64,000 bases of DNA from an uncultured Acetobacteraceae bacterium (GTDB lineage: Bacteria > Pseudomonadota > Alphaproteobacteria > Acetobacterales > Acetobacteraceae), in contig CAXUEL010000001.1 in assembly GCA_964249915.1 (NCBI GenBank), positions 6,659 to 70,658 on the forward strand, in the 5' to 3' direction. Shown here piece after piece: positions 21,590 to 30,531 of the stretch. Every line of letters starts with the position of its first letter. Within the stretch, counting starts at the first letter, position 1. The position numbers and the translations under genes were made by a program. Below the pieces are notes generated by a model. That model did not search any database, had not been told where the DNA came from, and was given only the letters and a program-made list of their open reading frames with translations.

Positions 21590-22111
21590 ATGGTCAGCGC
21601 CCACCCACATTCGTTCCGCCTTCATCTAAAGCGATGGGGACGGTCCGTCGGAGGGTTCCACGATGATAAGGTCAGCGAGAAGTCTGTCTGGCTGTTCGTG
21701 TCAGCCTGTAGTTGGACGGACGACGAGTTTGTCTTGAGCAACGGTGAACAGGTTTACTCCCGAGACTTTCGTCTCGTGGTGTATCCAGGCGAACCGCTAC
21801 TCCGTGACGGCACGCAGATAACAGGAGGAGGCGGCATCCTAAGCTACGTTCCAGCCTACGACGAGCTAGCGTCCAGCTTCGATGGTCGTGTCTACGTCGA
21901 CCAGGAATGCTTCGCGGACATTTGCAGCCTGCTTCCCGCCATGGCTACCGGCGGATATGAGTGCGACCTCCGCATGGCGCTGAGCGGCCTGGAGTTCAAA
22001 TTACCGGAGACCTTCGTCTGGGATGTCGATGCAAACCCGCACATCGTCATCCAATCTTTCCAGTTTGGCATCACGTCGAAGGCGCCGCCGGAGGACGACG
22101 GTCAGCCGTAA
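21590..22111 (+). CDS. Moron-like hypothetical protein, antisense to the late operon
   Basis: GGAGG RBS; lower GC; globular composition. Confidence 0.65.
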   Translation: MVSAHPHSFRLHLKRWGRSVGGFHDDKVSEKSVWLFVSACSWTDDEFVLSNGEQVYSRDFRLVVYPGEPLLRDGTQITGGGGILSYVPAYDELASSFDGRVYVDQECFADICSLLPAMATGGYECDLRMALSGLEFKLPETFVWDVDANPHIVIQSFQFGITSKAPPEDDGQP

Positions 22112-22685
22112 CCGCCTGCCGTAGGGCTCGAGCATCCTCCAGAAGCGCACGCACCTCTTCGACGGCGCAGTCGAGGTCGTCGTTCTCGACTTGGTGGTCG
22201 AACTCGCTCCGATGGGACATCTCCGAACCCGCATCCGCCATCCTGGACTCGATGTCGGCAGCGGCGTCGCCACGGCGTTCCAGGCGCGCCCGGAGTTCCG
22301 CCATCGACGGCGGCACGAGGAACACGCCCACGACGTCGCCGGGGAGCTGGTCGCGGAGCCGACGGTGGCCTTGCCAGTCGATGACGAAGACCACGTCGGT
22401 TCCGGCATCCAGGGCGGCCTCGACCGGCGCCCTCGGAATGCCGTAGCTGCGGCCGAAGACGGTGGCGTGCTCGAGCATGGAGTCCGACGTCACGAGGAGG
22501 TCGAACTCCCTTTGGTCGCAGAAATAGTAGTCGACCCCGTCAAGCTCGCCTGGTCGCGGGGACCGGGTGGTGGCGCTGACCGACTGCCGCAGGCCAGGGT
22601 CGGTGGCGAGCAGCCTGGACATCATCGTGGTCTTGCCGCCGCCGGACGGCGAGGCCAGCACCAGGCATAGACCACGACGGCTCAT
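22071..22685 (-). CDS. gmk: Guanylate kinase (phage-borne)
   Basis: LASPSGGGKTT P-loop, SVSATTRSPRPGELDGVDYYF, LEHATVFGRSYG, VIDWQG, VFLVPPS.AELRARL. Confidence 0.92.
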   Translation of the reverse strand: MSRRGLCLVLASPSGGGKTTMMSRLLATDPGLRQSVSATTRSPRPGELDGVDYYFCDQREFDLLVTSDSMLEHATVFGRSYGIPRAPVEAALDAGTDVVFVIDWQGHRRLRDQLPGDVVGVFLVPPSMAELRARLERRGDAAADIESRMADAGSEMSHRSEFDHQVENDDLDCAVEEVRALLEDARALRQAVTADRRPPAAPST

Positions 22686-22858
22686 GATGCGGCCCTCCTG
22701 GCGGCGGCGGCCTCGATATCGCGGCGCTCTTGGATGACGGTGTTCACCGTCCGTCGTGTGCATCCCATGCGCTCGGCGATCACCGAGGACGACAGCCCTT
22801 GTCGATGAAGATGCCAGATTCGGTCGTGGTCGACCGAGGTGTTGCTGCGGGCGGCCAT
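22682..22858 (-). CDS. 58-aa HTH protein (not in the ORF track)
   Basis: Manual translation MAARSNTSVDHDRIWHLHRQGLSSSVIAERMGCTRRTVNTVIQERR...; TGATG and ATGA overlaps with both neighbours. Confidence 0.8.
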   Translation of the reverse strand: MAARSNTSVDHDRIWHLHRQGLSSSVIAERMGCTRRTVNTVIQERRDIEAAAARRAAS

Positions 22859-24603
22859 CACGCAGCCCTCCTGAGCGCAGCAACCTGGACAACCGGAGCG
22901 CCTCTCCAGCGTGGGCCACGCTGCGTCAGGATTGCGCGCTTCCCGCTAGGATACGTAACAATGTGGCTGTGTGACCAGGAACTCGGCCCGCAGTTGTAGC
23001 CCATGTCCAGGTTTCCGCTGACCCCGGCGGTGTAGATGCCGTCCGTGATGCCTGCGGAGTGCGTGTGCGCGGTGTTCGCCCGCACGCCGAGTTGCCGGAA
23101 GGACCGCGGCGAACCCCTGGAACCGTTGGGGCCGCGGTGTCCATGCAACCCGCATTGGATGCCACCGCCCTGTTCGGCGCAGACCACCCACGAGTCATCT
23201 TCGCGCAGGAACCGGACCGCCTTAGCCACGTCGGACAGCTTATCCCGTACGGCGGCTTCGAACACGAAGAGGTCCTGCCCGGCCTCGATGCTCTGGAACA
23301 TCCTGTAGTTCCAGTAGTGCCAGAACCTCGCGTTCGGCGCGTCCCGGTGGCCATCGGCCTCGGCCAGCCACCTGCGGAAAGCCTGGTCGTGATTGGATTC
23401 CACGACGACTGTCTGGCACCAGTCGCGGTGGATCCTATCCAGCTTGGCCGCGCACCCTGCGAGGTCGGCCTCTACCCTGTCCAGGCCCCGTGCGTGCATT
23501 ACCGCGTTGAAGTATGGGTCCTGCCTGTTGTGATGGTTGCGCGCGGTGAAGTCCGCTAAATCATGCACATGCTGCTCGCGCGGGCGGAGGGACTCCAGGA
23601 TGGAGCCGGGACCGCCGAAGCATGCGTCAGCGACGATGGGGTCTGCCTTCTCTTCGTGGAAGTCCCCCCATGTCACCGCCTCGACACGAGACCTTGTGAC
23701 ACCGGTCGGCGAGTAGTGGAACTCCAGGTCGTGGAAGCATCCGCTGTCGTCGGCGAGCAACTGCCGGACAAACCAAGCGCCATCGGCATCGACTTCGACG
23801 ACCAGGGCACCGAACACGTGATGAAAGCTGGCCTTCTGTCCGGCTTTCCTCTCGACGTAATTTCGCTGGGTGACGGTTCCCGTCGTGTACAGGAAGCGAG
23901 CCGCTTCATGCTTCATCGTCGCCATGCTCTTCATGGCGACCTTCGCATGCGGCACTATCGCCGACGCCGACCGCGTGTAGCTGTCGAGACCGGAAAGCGG
24001 ATCGGTCGCGGTAGGCAAGATATCCAGCTCTCCGCACCACACCAGGCCATGCGCTAGCTCCAGACTCTCATCGCACACGTATTCGAGGATTTCCGGATCA
24101 TACCAGAGGTCTTCGTCCTGCTTGGTCGCCTTCGAGGCCCATGCCGACTTGTTATAAGAGAACCGCGACACGAGGATTTCCGCGTCGTGTGCGGCGGCGT
24201 AGGTGCGCAGGCTTGCGAGGAAGCCAGAATGCACGTGGGTGTTGTTCTGCGCGCTTGTCAGCACGAACCTTCGACGGTCGCGGCTGACAGGTTTCGGGGC
24301 CGGGCTGGGGATGCGGCCACCAGCGACCGGGCGCTCCTCGGTGTCATCGTTCGCGGGTACGGCATCCGGAGCGCTGCGTGTCTCCAGCAGCAGCCTAAGC
24401 GCCGCGACCTGAGCGACCAAGTCCTCGACGGTGGGTGCCGCACCGACTCGCGTAGCGGCCACCTTTCGACGGCGGTGGATTGTTGCGGGTGAGACCCCTT
24501 CGAGCTGCGCTTCCGCGCGGAGCGTCATGGGGCGGTGCGCGACCTCGGCAGATGCCGGGACAACGGGCGCACGCGTGGCGACGTTGGTTCGCATGTGTTT
24601 CAT
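22858..24603 (-). CDS. T5 A1-like metallophosphoesterase / putative DNase with N-terminal HTH
   Basis: RFVLTSAQNNT, LPTATDPLSG, KAGQKASFHHVFGALVVE, WGDFHEEK, HDLADFTARNHHNR, VVESNHD, GLHGHRGPNGSRG, THSAGI, LDMGYN collinear with recalled T5 A1. Confidence 0.85.
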   Translation of the reverse strand: MKHMRTNVATRAPVVPASAEVAHRPMTLRAEAQLEGVSPATIHRRRKVAATRVGAAPTVEDLVAQVAALRLLLETRSAPDAVPANDDTEERPVAGGRIPSPAPKPVSRDRRRFVLTSAQNNTHVHSGFLASLRTYAAAHDAEILVSRFSYNKSAWASKATKQDEDLWYDPEILEYVCDESLELAHGLVWCGELDILPTATDPLSGLDSYTRSASAIVPHAKVAMKSMATMKHEAARFLYTTGTVTQRNYVERKAGQKASFHHVFGALVVEVDADGAWFVRQLLADDSGCFHDLEFHYSPTGVTRSRVEAVTWGDFHEEKADPIVADACFGGPGSILESLRPREQHVHDLADFTARNHHNRQDPYFNAVMHARGLDRVEADLAGCAAKLDRIHRDWCQTVVVESNHDQAFRRWLAEADGHRDAPNARFWHYWNYRMFQSIEAGQDLFVFEAAVRDKLSDVAKAVRFLREDDSWVVCAEQGGGIQCGLHGHRGPNGSRGSPRSFRQLGVRANTAHTHSAGITDGIYTAGVSGNLDMGYNCGPSSWSHSHIVTYPSGKRAILTQRGPRWRGAPVVQVAALRRAA

Positions 24604-24726
24604 GGTGCGACCTCGTCCGGGTGGTTTGCAGGAACGCAGCGGGAAGTCCGCGTCCTCAAAGTCAGCTTGACGAAGCGGCACGCACAAAAGCAAGAAGGCT
24701 GCAAGCAAAGGATGCTGTTATTCGTG

Positions 24727-24755
24727 TTATGTCCACAGCCTTTGCGGAATGTAAA
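24727..24755 (-). promoter_or_regulatory. Candidate sigma70 promoter for the A1-HTH-gmk operon
   Basis: TTTACA-N18-CATAAC in an AT-rich gap on the minus strand. Confidence 0.4.
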
Positions 24756-24758
24756 CTT

Positions 24759-25124
24759 TTAGCGGTGACCGAAGCGGTTGTCCTTGAGAAACACCACGTC
24801 TGCTCCGACTTCTGCCAACTTCGTGCGGAGGTCGCTGAGCGTGTCGGACAGCAGGCGCATCTGCTCGTCTCGGCTCTTCGTCCGCTCCTCAAACTCCATT
24901 TCGAGATGCGAAAGCCGCTTTTCGTGATCGGCGAGTTGGGAGTAAGCACCCGCTGCATACCAGATGCCTACGACGAGTTGAGCCAGGACTGCGATAATCA
25001 CCGCTACGCCAATCGACTTGTCGATTTGCCATCCGCTCGGCGCACGGACTATCACGCTCTGTACAGATGCGGACGGAGCTACAATTGTCGGAGGCGGTGC
25101 TCCGGAAGTCGTGGATTCGGACAT
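24759..25124 (-). CDS. Single-TM + coiled-coil protein (holin/XhlA-like)
   Basis: WQIDKSIGVAVIIAVLAQLVVGIWYAA followed by heptad repeats; lower GC. Confidence 0.6.
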   Translation of the reverse strand: MSESTTSGAPPPTIVAPSASVQSVIVRAPSGWQIDKSIGVAVIIAVLAQLVVGIWYAAGAYSQLADHEKRLSHLEMEFEERTKSRDEQMRLLSDTLSDLRTKLAEVGADVVFLKDNRFGHR

Positions 25125-25170
25125 GCGCGTAGACTTCCTGTTCGCGCACATCGGCGCCGTAATTATGTAG

Positions 25171-25482
25171 TCAGCTAGGCGTGCCGATGCCGGTGCCGCT
25201 GTTGTCCGGTGTCGACCAGTGCCAGACTTCCGCGCCGATGCTTTCGCCGTCGGACGCGGCCCAGGTGCAATGGTCGCGGTTCGCGCCCAACACGTTTCCG
25301 ATCCAGGTCAGGACCGCGCAGAACACGGTCGCCGCCCTTGACCCGGCGGCGCGCGCCCTGTCGGCTCGGCGGCTCACGGTCTCTCTTGGGAGGCCGCCGA
25401 GCAAAATGTTGAACACAAGGTCAGCAGTCAGCAGCGCGTTGATGGCTAGCTGCCGGACGACGGCGCACGGACCGCAGGTCAC
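25171..25482 (-). CDS. Conserved phage protein downstream of tail-fiber genes
   Basis: NALLTADLVFNILLGGLPRETVSRRA...C.VL...DHC; GTGA-coupled. Confidence 0.65.
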   Translation of the reverse strand: MTCGPCAVVRQLAINALLTADLVFNILLGGLPRETVSRRADRARAAGSRAATVFCAVLTWIGNVLGANRDHCTWAASDGESIGAEVWHWSTPDNSGTGIGTPS

Positions 25483-26015
25483 GATGCACCTCCGGATACC
25501 GTCGCGGCCGGGGCCGCCGCAGCGGTTGAGGCGGGCGCAGCCGTGGTGGTCGCCGTGGCAGCCGCGGGCGCTTGGTTTGCGAGGATTTCCGCCGCCCGGG
25601 CCGCCGTCAACAGCCCAGCCGCCGACATCGCGTCTACGCCGCCAATAGTGCTCGGGTCGCCCAGGTCCACATAAGTGGCCCCGCTGATTTTCAGGAGCCA
25701 GACCAGCACCGCCGCATTGCTCTGGGCGGCCGTGGCAATGGCATTCTGCTCGGCTGTCGTCAGCAGAGCCATGAACTGCAAGCTTGTCAGCTTCGGCGAC
25801 GCCGGGGCGACCACCGGCGGTGCCGAGAACACGGTGCCGCTGAAAGACCAACCCGCGACCGGCTGCGGCGACAGCGAAGTGACGTCATACCAGGTCAACG
25901 AAGCCGGATAGAGGGACTCGATGCTGAGGCTGGTCGCCAACGTCTCGACAACAGTACCGGAAACGACGTGCGCGTAGGTCCGGACGGCCGCAGCCGAGCT
26001 CAGAGTGCTGCTCAT
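25479..26015 (-). CDS. Tail fiber assembly-like protein
   Basis: YAHVVSG.VVE...W.DVT...P.AGWSF.G..F.AP; follows the fiber gene. Confidence 0.7.
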   Translation of the reverse strand: MSSTLSSAAAVRTYAHVVSGTVVETLATSLSIESLYPASLTWYDVTSLSPQPVAGWSFSGTVFSAPPVVAPASPKLTSLQFMALLTTAEQNAIATAAQSNAAVLVWLLKISGATYVDLGDPSTIGGVDAMSAAGLLTAARAAEILANQAPAAATATTTAAPASTAAAAPAATVSGGAS

Positions 26016-26021
26016 GTTCGA

Positions 26022-27350
26022 CTATCCTTCCACGACGACGAGGCCGGGCGCGCCGTATCCGCCGCCGTGACCGCTGTAGTACGCGCCGCCGCCTCCGGAC
26101 CCGGCCGCCTGGCCGTACTCAAGCAGACCGTCGACGGTCGAGCCGCGCGCACCTCCGCCCCAGAAAGAGGCTCCGCCGACACCGCCGTACGCATTCGCGG
26201 CTGGCGAGCCGTCGGACCCGCAGCCGCCGCACAGCAGAAGCGATGTCAGACCCTGCGCGCAGGTGCCCGCGCCGCCCAGGCCGCCCGATGCCCCATTCTG
26301 GCCGCCCTGACCAGGTGAGCCGCCGCTGGCCGCGAGGTAGCTGCCGAAGCTCGACGTCGAGCCGTAGCCGCCATCGGCGCCCGCATCGCTGCCCATGAGT
26401 CCGGCGCCACCAACCACATAGGGTACGACCTGACCGGCGGTGAGCGTGATGTAGCTGATTGCCGTCCCGCCTGCCCCGCCGCCACCGCCCGCTTGCGTCG
26501 ACGTGCTGCCGCCGCCGCCGCCACCGCTGCCCGTTACTGTAACCCGGTAAGTGCCGGTCCAGGGCGCGGTCCAGCTTTTGACACCCGCTTGGTCGTCTGT
26601 GACGAGGAACTGGCTCTGCCCCGGCCGAATAGCTGCGATGTCCTTGGCTTCCTTGGCCTGAAGGGCCGCCAGCCCGGCGGTCAGCGCGCTGAGGGCGGCG
26701 TTGATGGCGGGGAGCTTGGCACCGACGAACGGTGCGCCCGGGTAGACCGAGATGTCGCCGACGGCGACAGAGCTCTCCCCGTAGTTTACGGTGATGACGT
26801 AGAGACCAGACCATCCGGCATCAACCGCCGGGGTGGCTTGGGTGCCCGTTGGGGCCGCGACACCGGCGCGGAGCTGGAGCTGGCACGACTGGTAGCGCCG
26901 TGTGAGCTGAGCGCCGCCCGCGCCACCCGGTCCGGAGAACGGCTGGGCCGGGTTCGCGGAGTTGTAGTAGGGCACCACAGCGCTAGCGCCGTCCGCTTCC
27001 AAGAAAGCCGCCTCCAGCAAGTAGGAAATCGACTGGCCAGCCGTGGTCGGCGCGGTCAGCGGGAACGTGGTGCTCTCTGTGTTGACGCCAATCTTGACGA
27101 CCGGGTCCGCGTCCGCCGCTAGCGAGCTGAAGGCGTTCTGGTCGACAACGGTTGTCTGAAAGATGGAGCCCGGCCCCACGACGATGCCAAGCGAGCCAAC
27201 CGCTGGCGTCGCGGCCAGTCCGTCGACTACCGGTCCCGATCCGACGACGGCCTGCGCCAGGTAGCCGTCCGCGACCATCGCCGCTCTCTGAAGAAAGAGC
27301 ACGTCAGCAGACGCCGGAATCTGGCCGGGGTAGATGATGGCGCGATCCAT
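26022..27350 (-). CDS. Tail fiber protein with glycine-rich C-terminus
   Basis: MDRAIIYPGQIP N-terminus; WTAP.TG.YRVTVTGSGGGGGG Gly-rich domain. Confidence 0.85.
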   Translation of the reverse strand: MDRAIIYPGQIPASADVLFLQRAAMVADGYLAQAVVGSGPVVDGLAATPAVGSLGIVVGPGSIFQTTVVDQNAFSSLAADADPVVKIGVNTESTTFPLTAPTTAGQSISYLLEAAFLEADGASAVVPYYNSANPAQPFSGPGGAGGAQLTRRYQSCQLQLRAGVAAPTGTQATPAVDAGWSGLYVITVNYGESSVAVGDISVYPGAPFVGAKLPAINAALSALTAGLAALQAKEAKDIAAIRPGQSQFLVTDDQAGVKSWTAPWTGTYRVTVTGSGGGGGGSTSTQAGGGGGAGGTAISYITLTAGQVVPYVVGGAGLMGSDAGADGGYGSTSSFGSYLAASGGSPGQGGQNGASGGLGGAGTCAQGLTSLLLCGGCGSDGSPAANAYGGVGGASFWGGGARGSTVDGLLEYGQAAGSGGGGAYYSGHGGGYGAPGLVVVEG

Positions 27351-27456
27351 GCGGCGCTCCTGGCGTGTAGGCATGCGGCGTCACCCCGGCGCCTGAGCGT
27401 CGAGGTGGCCGATGTCGGATGGGTGTTTTCGGGACCGTCAGAAGACGGCGGGCGGC

Positions 27457-28407
27457 TTAGCTTTCGACGAGGCTTTCGACGCGTGCGGTCACAGGACCCT
27501 GGCCACCGGTCATCGGGAAGAAGTCGGCAGGGGCCGCGACATCGACGAAGAAGCCCCAACTTGCGGAAGTCGGCAGGTAGCCCCACTGGTTGTAGTTCGC
27601 ATAAGCCAGAGGAACGAAGTCCACGCCGTTGCGGCTGAACGAGAAGGTCGCGCCAACACCGGACCTATCCACGAGCCGAAGCCAGATGCGGGCGCTGCCG
27701 TTCAGGGACACGATTGCGATCGGGTTTCTGTAGCCGCTGGGGTTTGCGCCACCCGAGAAATTGTTCACGACCTGACTGAGAGCACCAGAGGGCCGGAAGG
27801 CGCTTGGCGTGGCGTTCCCGATGCCGCTGGTGTCGCTGCCCACGGCGGCCACGTAGAGGTTCCCGTTGACGGGGTCATGCAGGCCGATGCCGACTTTGAG
27901 TCCAGGTGCGTCGGGCAAATCATGCTCGATGAGCGCCGTCAGTGTCCTTACGCCGGAGCTGCCGTACGCCGGTACCGGCTTGCCCTGATATGCGATGGCG
28001 GGCGTGGACGAGGAGTTCACGGTCTGGCCGCTGCACACGAACGCCGTGCCATCGTCAGTCCAAGTCGGCGATCCACCGAAACCGATGACATCGGTGAACA
28101 GCGAGAACGCGGGCCTTGTCAGCGTCGGCGAGCTGCTGGTCGCCACGGTCACGTTGCCGCTGCTGTCCGGCAGGACGCCGTTCACTGACTTGACGGTTCC
28201 CCCGCCCGCAGCGGTAGCCGCCGCCAGGGCAGCCGCTGCCTCGGTTTCCGCGGCCGTCGCCGCCGTCTCTGCGGTCCCGGCCTCGGTCGCGGCGGCGGCC
28301 GCGGAGGTCCCGGCGGCCAGGGCGTCGTTGTCAACATCCTGGAGGGCGGCATTCAGAGATGCCGCCGGGAGGACGGTGTGCGCCTGAAAAGCGGGGAAGC
28401 CGGTCAT
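27457..28407 (-). CDS. Second tail/receptor-binding protein candidate
   Basis: F.A.TVLPAASLNAA anchor, Ala-rich stalk, VKSVNG.LPD.SGNV fiber motif, beta-rich C-terminus. Confidence 0.6.
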   Translation of the reverse strand: MTGFPAFQAHTVLPAASLNAALQDVDNDALAAGTSAAAAATEAGTAETAATAAETEAAAALAAATAAGGGTVKSVNGVLPDSSGNVTVATSSSPTLTRPAFSLFTDVIGFGGSPTWTDDGTAFVCSGQTVNSSSTPAIAYQGKPVPAYGSSGVRTLTALIEHDLPDAPGLKVGIGLHDPVNGNLYVAAVGSDTSGIGNATPSAFRPSGALSQVVNNFSGGANPSGYRNPIAIVSLNGSARIWLRLVDRSGVGATFSFSRNGVDFVPLAYANYNQWGYLPTSASWGFFVDVAAPADFFPMTGGQGPVTARVESLVES

Positions 28408-29132
28408 GTCATCTCGCTTTCGTCCAAGATGAAGCTGTCATCGAGGTCCTGATTTCCGAACGGCGGAACGTTGGTCAGGCTGACCCAGCAGACCGTCGCG
28501 GCCGGACGGGTCGCTTCGATGACGTCGTAGATGTCGTCGTCAGAAACACCGGACACCTGGTCCGGACTCACATACTCGATGGCGCCGACATCCCAGCCGC
28601 CAATCGAGCCGTCGAAGCCATCGACATTCGGAATGCCGCCCACATGGGGACGGTAAGCGGTGATGAATGTCTGGAACGCCAGCGATGGGTCACCCCAGGC
28701 ACCGCCCGCGTCGTAGCCGCAGCCGCCCAGGTCGTAGCCGCCGCAATCGCTGCTGTTGCCTGGCTCGACAATCAGAGGCATCTGACCGGTGAGGTCGACC
28801 AGCGCCGCGACCATCGCCTGGCGGGTCGCACGGGACCGGAGGATTTCGCGCTTGATTCGGACACGGAAGGCGGCGTCGGTTTCGCCGTCCAGGCGGTAGA
28901 CGCGTGTGCCTAGGAAGTCGGCGCAGAGGCCGTCGAGGAAGTCGTCGGTCGCGGTGGCGAGCCGGATTTGCAGGCGTGAGAACTGGATCCAGGAGGAGAG
29001 CTGCGCGTGCGCGTAGCCGAGGCCCGCGAGGATTCCGTCGAGGATGGGCGTGCTGCCGGGCTCGCCCCACCAGCCGCGAGGGAGAACGCGTCGGATGCGT
29101 GCGGACCAGGAGGCGGCGTCGAACCCGAGCAT
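28404..29132 (-). CDS. Baseplate wedge protein (P2 gpI-like)
   Basis: RLQIRLATATDDFLD....DFLG...R..GETDAAFR.RI; follows gpJ. Confidence 0.75.
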   Translation of the reverse strand: MLGFDAASWSARIRRVLPRGWWGEPGSTPILDGILAGLGYAHAQLSSWIQFSRLQIRLATATDDFLDGLCADFLGTRVYRLDGETDAAFRVRIKREILRSRATRQAMVAALVDLTGQMPLIVEPGNSSDCGGYDLGGCGYDAGGAWGDPSLAFQTFITAYRPHVGGIPNVDGFDGSIGGWDVGAIEYVSPDQVSGVSDDDIYDVIEATRPAATVCWVSLTNVPPFGNQDLDDSFILDESEMT

Positions 29133-29149
29133 GTTCGACCTCCGCAGTC

Positions 29150-29270
29150 AGTGGCTCAAGTGGGTTAAGTGGGTTACTTCGGCACTGCTTCGTAAAAGAT
29201 GCAGGGCTTCTGTCTCTGACACTTTTCACACGGAGTAAGAAACAAACCCACTTAACCCACTTGAGCCACT
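29150..29270. repeat. 121-bp element with 27-bp terminal inverted repeats (3 x 9-mer), copy 1
   Basis: AGTGGCTCA AGTGGGTTA AGTGGGTTA ... AAACCCACT TAACCCACT TGAGCCACT (26/27 complementary). Confidence 0.9.
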
Positions 29271-29385
29271 TGGAGAGGCCGATATGGCGCCGGACCACAT
29301 CTCCAGTTAAGAATGAGACTCAACTGGCCGAAGTCGTGTCCGCATACCAGGGTATGTGTAGTGTTGTGTGGGTGTGGTCAGACGC

Positions 29386-30519
29386 TCAGCTCACCGACAC
29401 CGACCGCGCTTTGACGACCACGCCTGCCCCGGCCTGCACGTCGGCAGCGCGGCCGTTCAGGGTCACCCCGGTCACGTTCGAAATCGTCGCCGAGGCCGCA
29501 TAAGCGAGCGCAGACACCCTTGTCAGCGACAGGGTTCCACCCACGGACAGCGTGTCGACATAGGCCGCGATGGCGGCTTCGATTGGTGCCACCAACCCGG
29601 CCTTCGTCCCGCTGGAGATGACCAGGGTGAGAGCAACGTCGACGTATAGGATGCTAGGCGACTGAACCGAGAACGTCGAACACAGCGGCCTGACGGCATC
29701 GACAGCCGCATACACGGACGCCTTCAGAGCAGCGGATGGCGCTCCGGAGCCGTCGTCCACCACGACCACAAAGTGGCCCGGCCTGCTGGTGCCGTCCTCC
29801 GCCACGTTCTCCTCAATCTGCCAGGTCAACCCCGCCTGCACACCCGCGACAGCAGCGGCAATGGCGAGGCCGGTGGCCTTGTCCAGCGAACCGATATACT
29901 CGACGAACCGGACCTTGACGGCGGCATCCGTCTCGCCCGGCTCGCCACCCTCGGTGGGGGCTCCGTTCGAGACGACATCGATGCCAGCGACGGCGGTTCC
30001 GAAAAGCGAAATGGCGCCTTCAACGACGTTGCCGCCTGCCCCCGCGACGGTCGCGGTAATTGGCACTGTCACCGATGCCACGCCCGATTGCAGCACGTAG
30101 CCGCCTGCGGTCCCAAGGGTCGCCGAGTAGGCGGCGTTCGTCGCGTCGGCGCCGATGGCGTACGTCTCGGAAGCGTCCGCTGTCCGCACGGTGGTGCCGA
30201 CCAGGACCGTCGCAGAGCCGAGCGCGACATATCGGCTCAAGGTCACGGCGCCGGTGGCGTAGGTAGCTGGCAGTCGGGGCGGGCAGCCATAGTCGGCGAT
30301 GAAGCTGTCAACATCGCTACCGGTGCTCGTGCTCAGGCGGCTGGCACTGAGGACGCGGTAGACGTTGGACTGCTGGACGCTCCACTGAGCTGCGGATGCC
30401 TGGAGCAACGCGCGGCCTGGCGAACCCACGGTGAGGTCGAGAAGCACGGTGGCCGCCGACTGTGCCGCCGCGATCATGCCGCCCAGAATCCCCTGCAGCG
30501 TCGGCAACGAGAGCTGCAT
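29386..30519 (-). CDS. Baseplate J-like protein
   Basis: LDLTVGSP.RALL.A, ATG.VTLSRY, GETDAAVK.RF..YI.SL, GHFVVVVDDGSG. Confidence 0.88.
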   Translation of the reverse strand: MQLSLPTLQGILGGMIAAAQSAATVLLDLTVGSPGRALLQASAAQWSVQQSNVYRVLSASRLSTSTGSDVDSFIADYGCPPRLPATYATGAVTLSRYVALGSATVLVGTTVRTADASETYAIGADATNAAYSATLGTAGGYVLQSGVASVTVPITATVAGAGGNVVEGAISLFGTAVAGIDVVSNGAPTEGGEPGETDAAVKVRFVEYIGSLDKATGLAIAAAVAGVQAGLTWQIEENVAEDGTSRPGHFVVVVDDGSGAPSAALKASVYAAVDAVRPLCSTFSVQSPSILYVDVALTLVISSGTKAGLVAPIEAAIAAYVDTLSVGGTLSLTRVSALAYAASATISNVTGVTLNGRAADVQAGAGVVVKARSVSVS

Positions 30520-30531
30520 GGGGATGCATCC

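Noticed and set aside
26022-28407. Diversity-generating retroelement or invertible fiber cassette
   Set aside because: No reverse transcriptase, TR/VR duplicate, invertase or inverted fiber copy is visible.
29150-29270. 9-mer repeats as a CRISPR array or IS ends
   Set aside because: No spacers, cas genes, transposase or target-site duplication; only 3 units per arm, in inverted arrangement.
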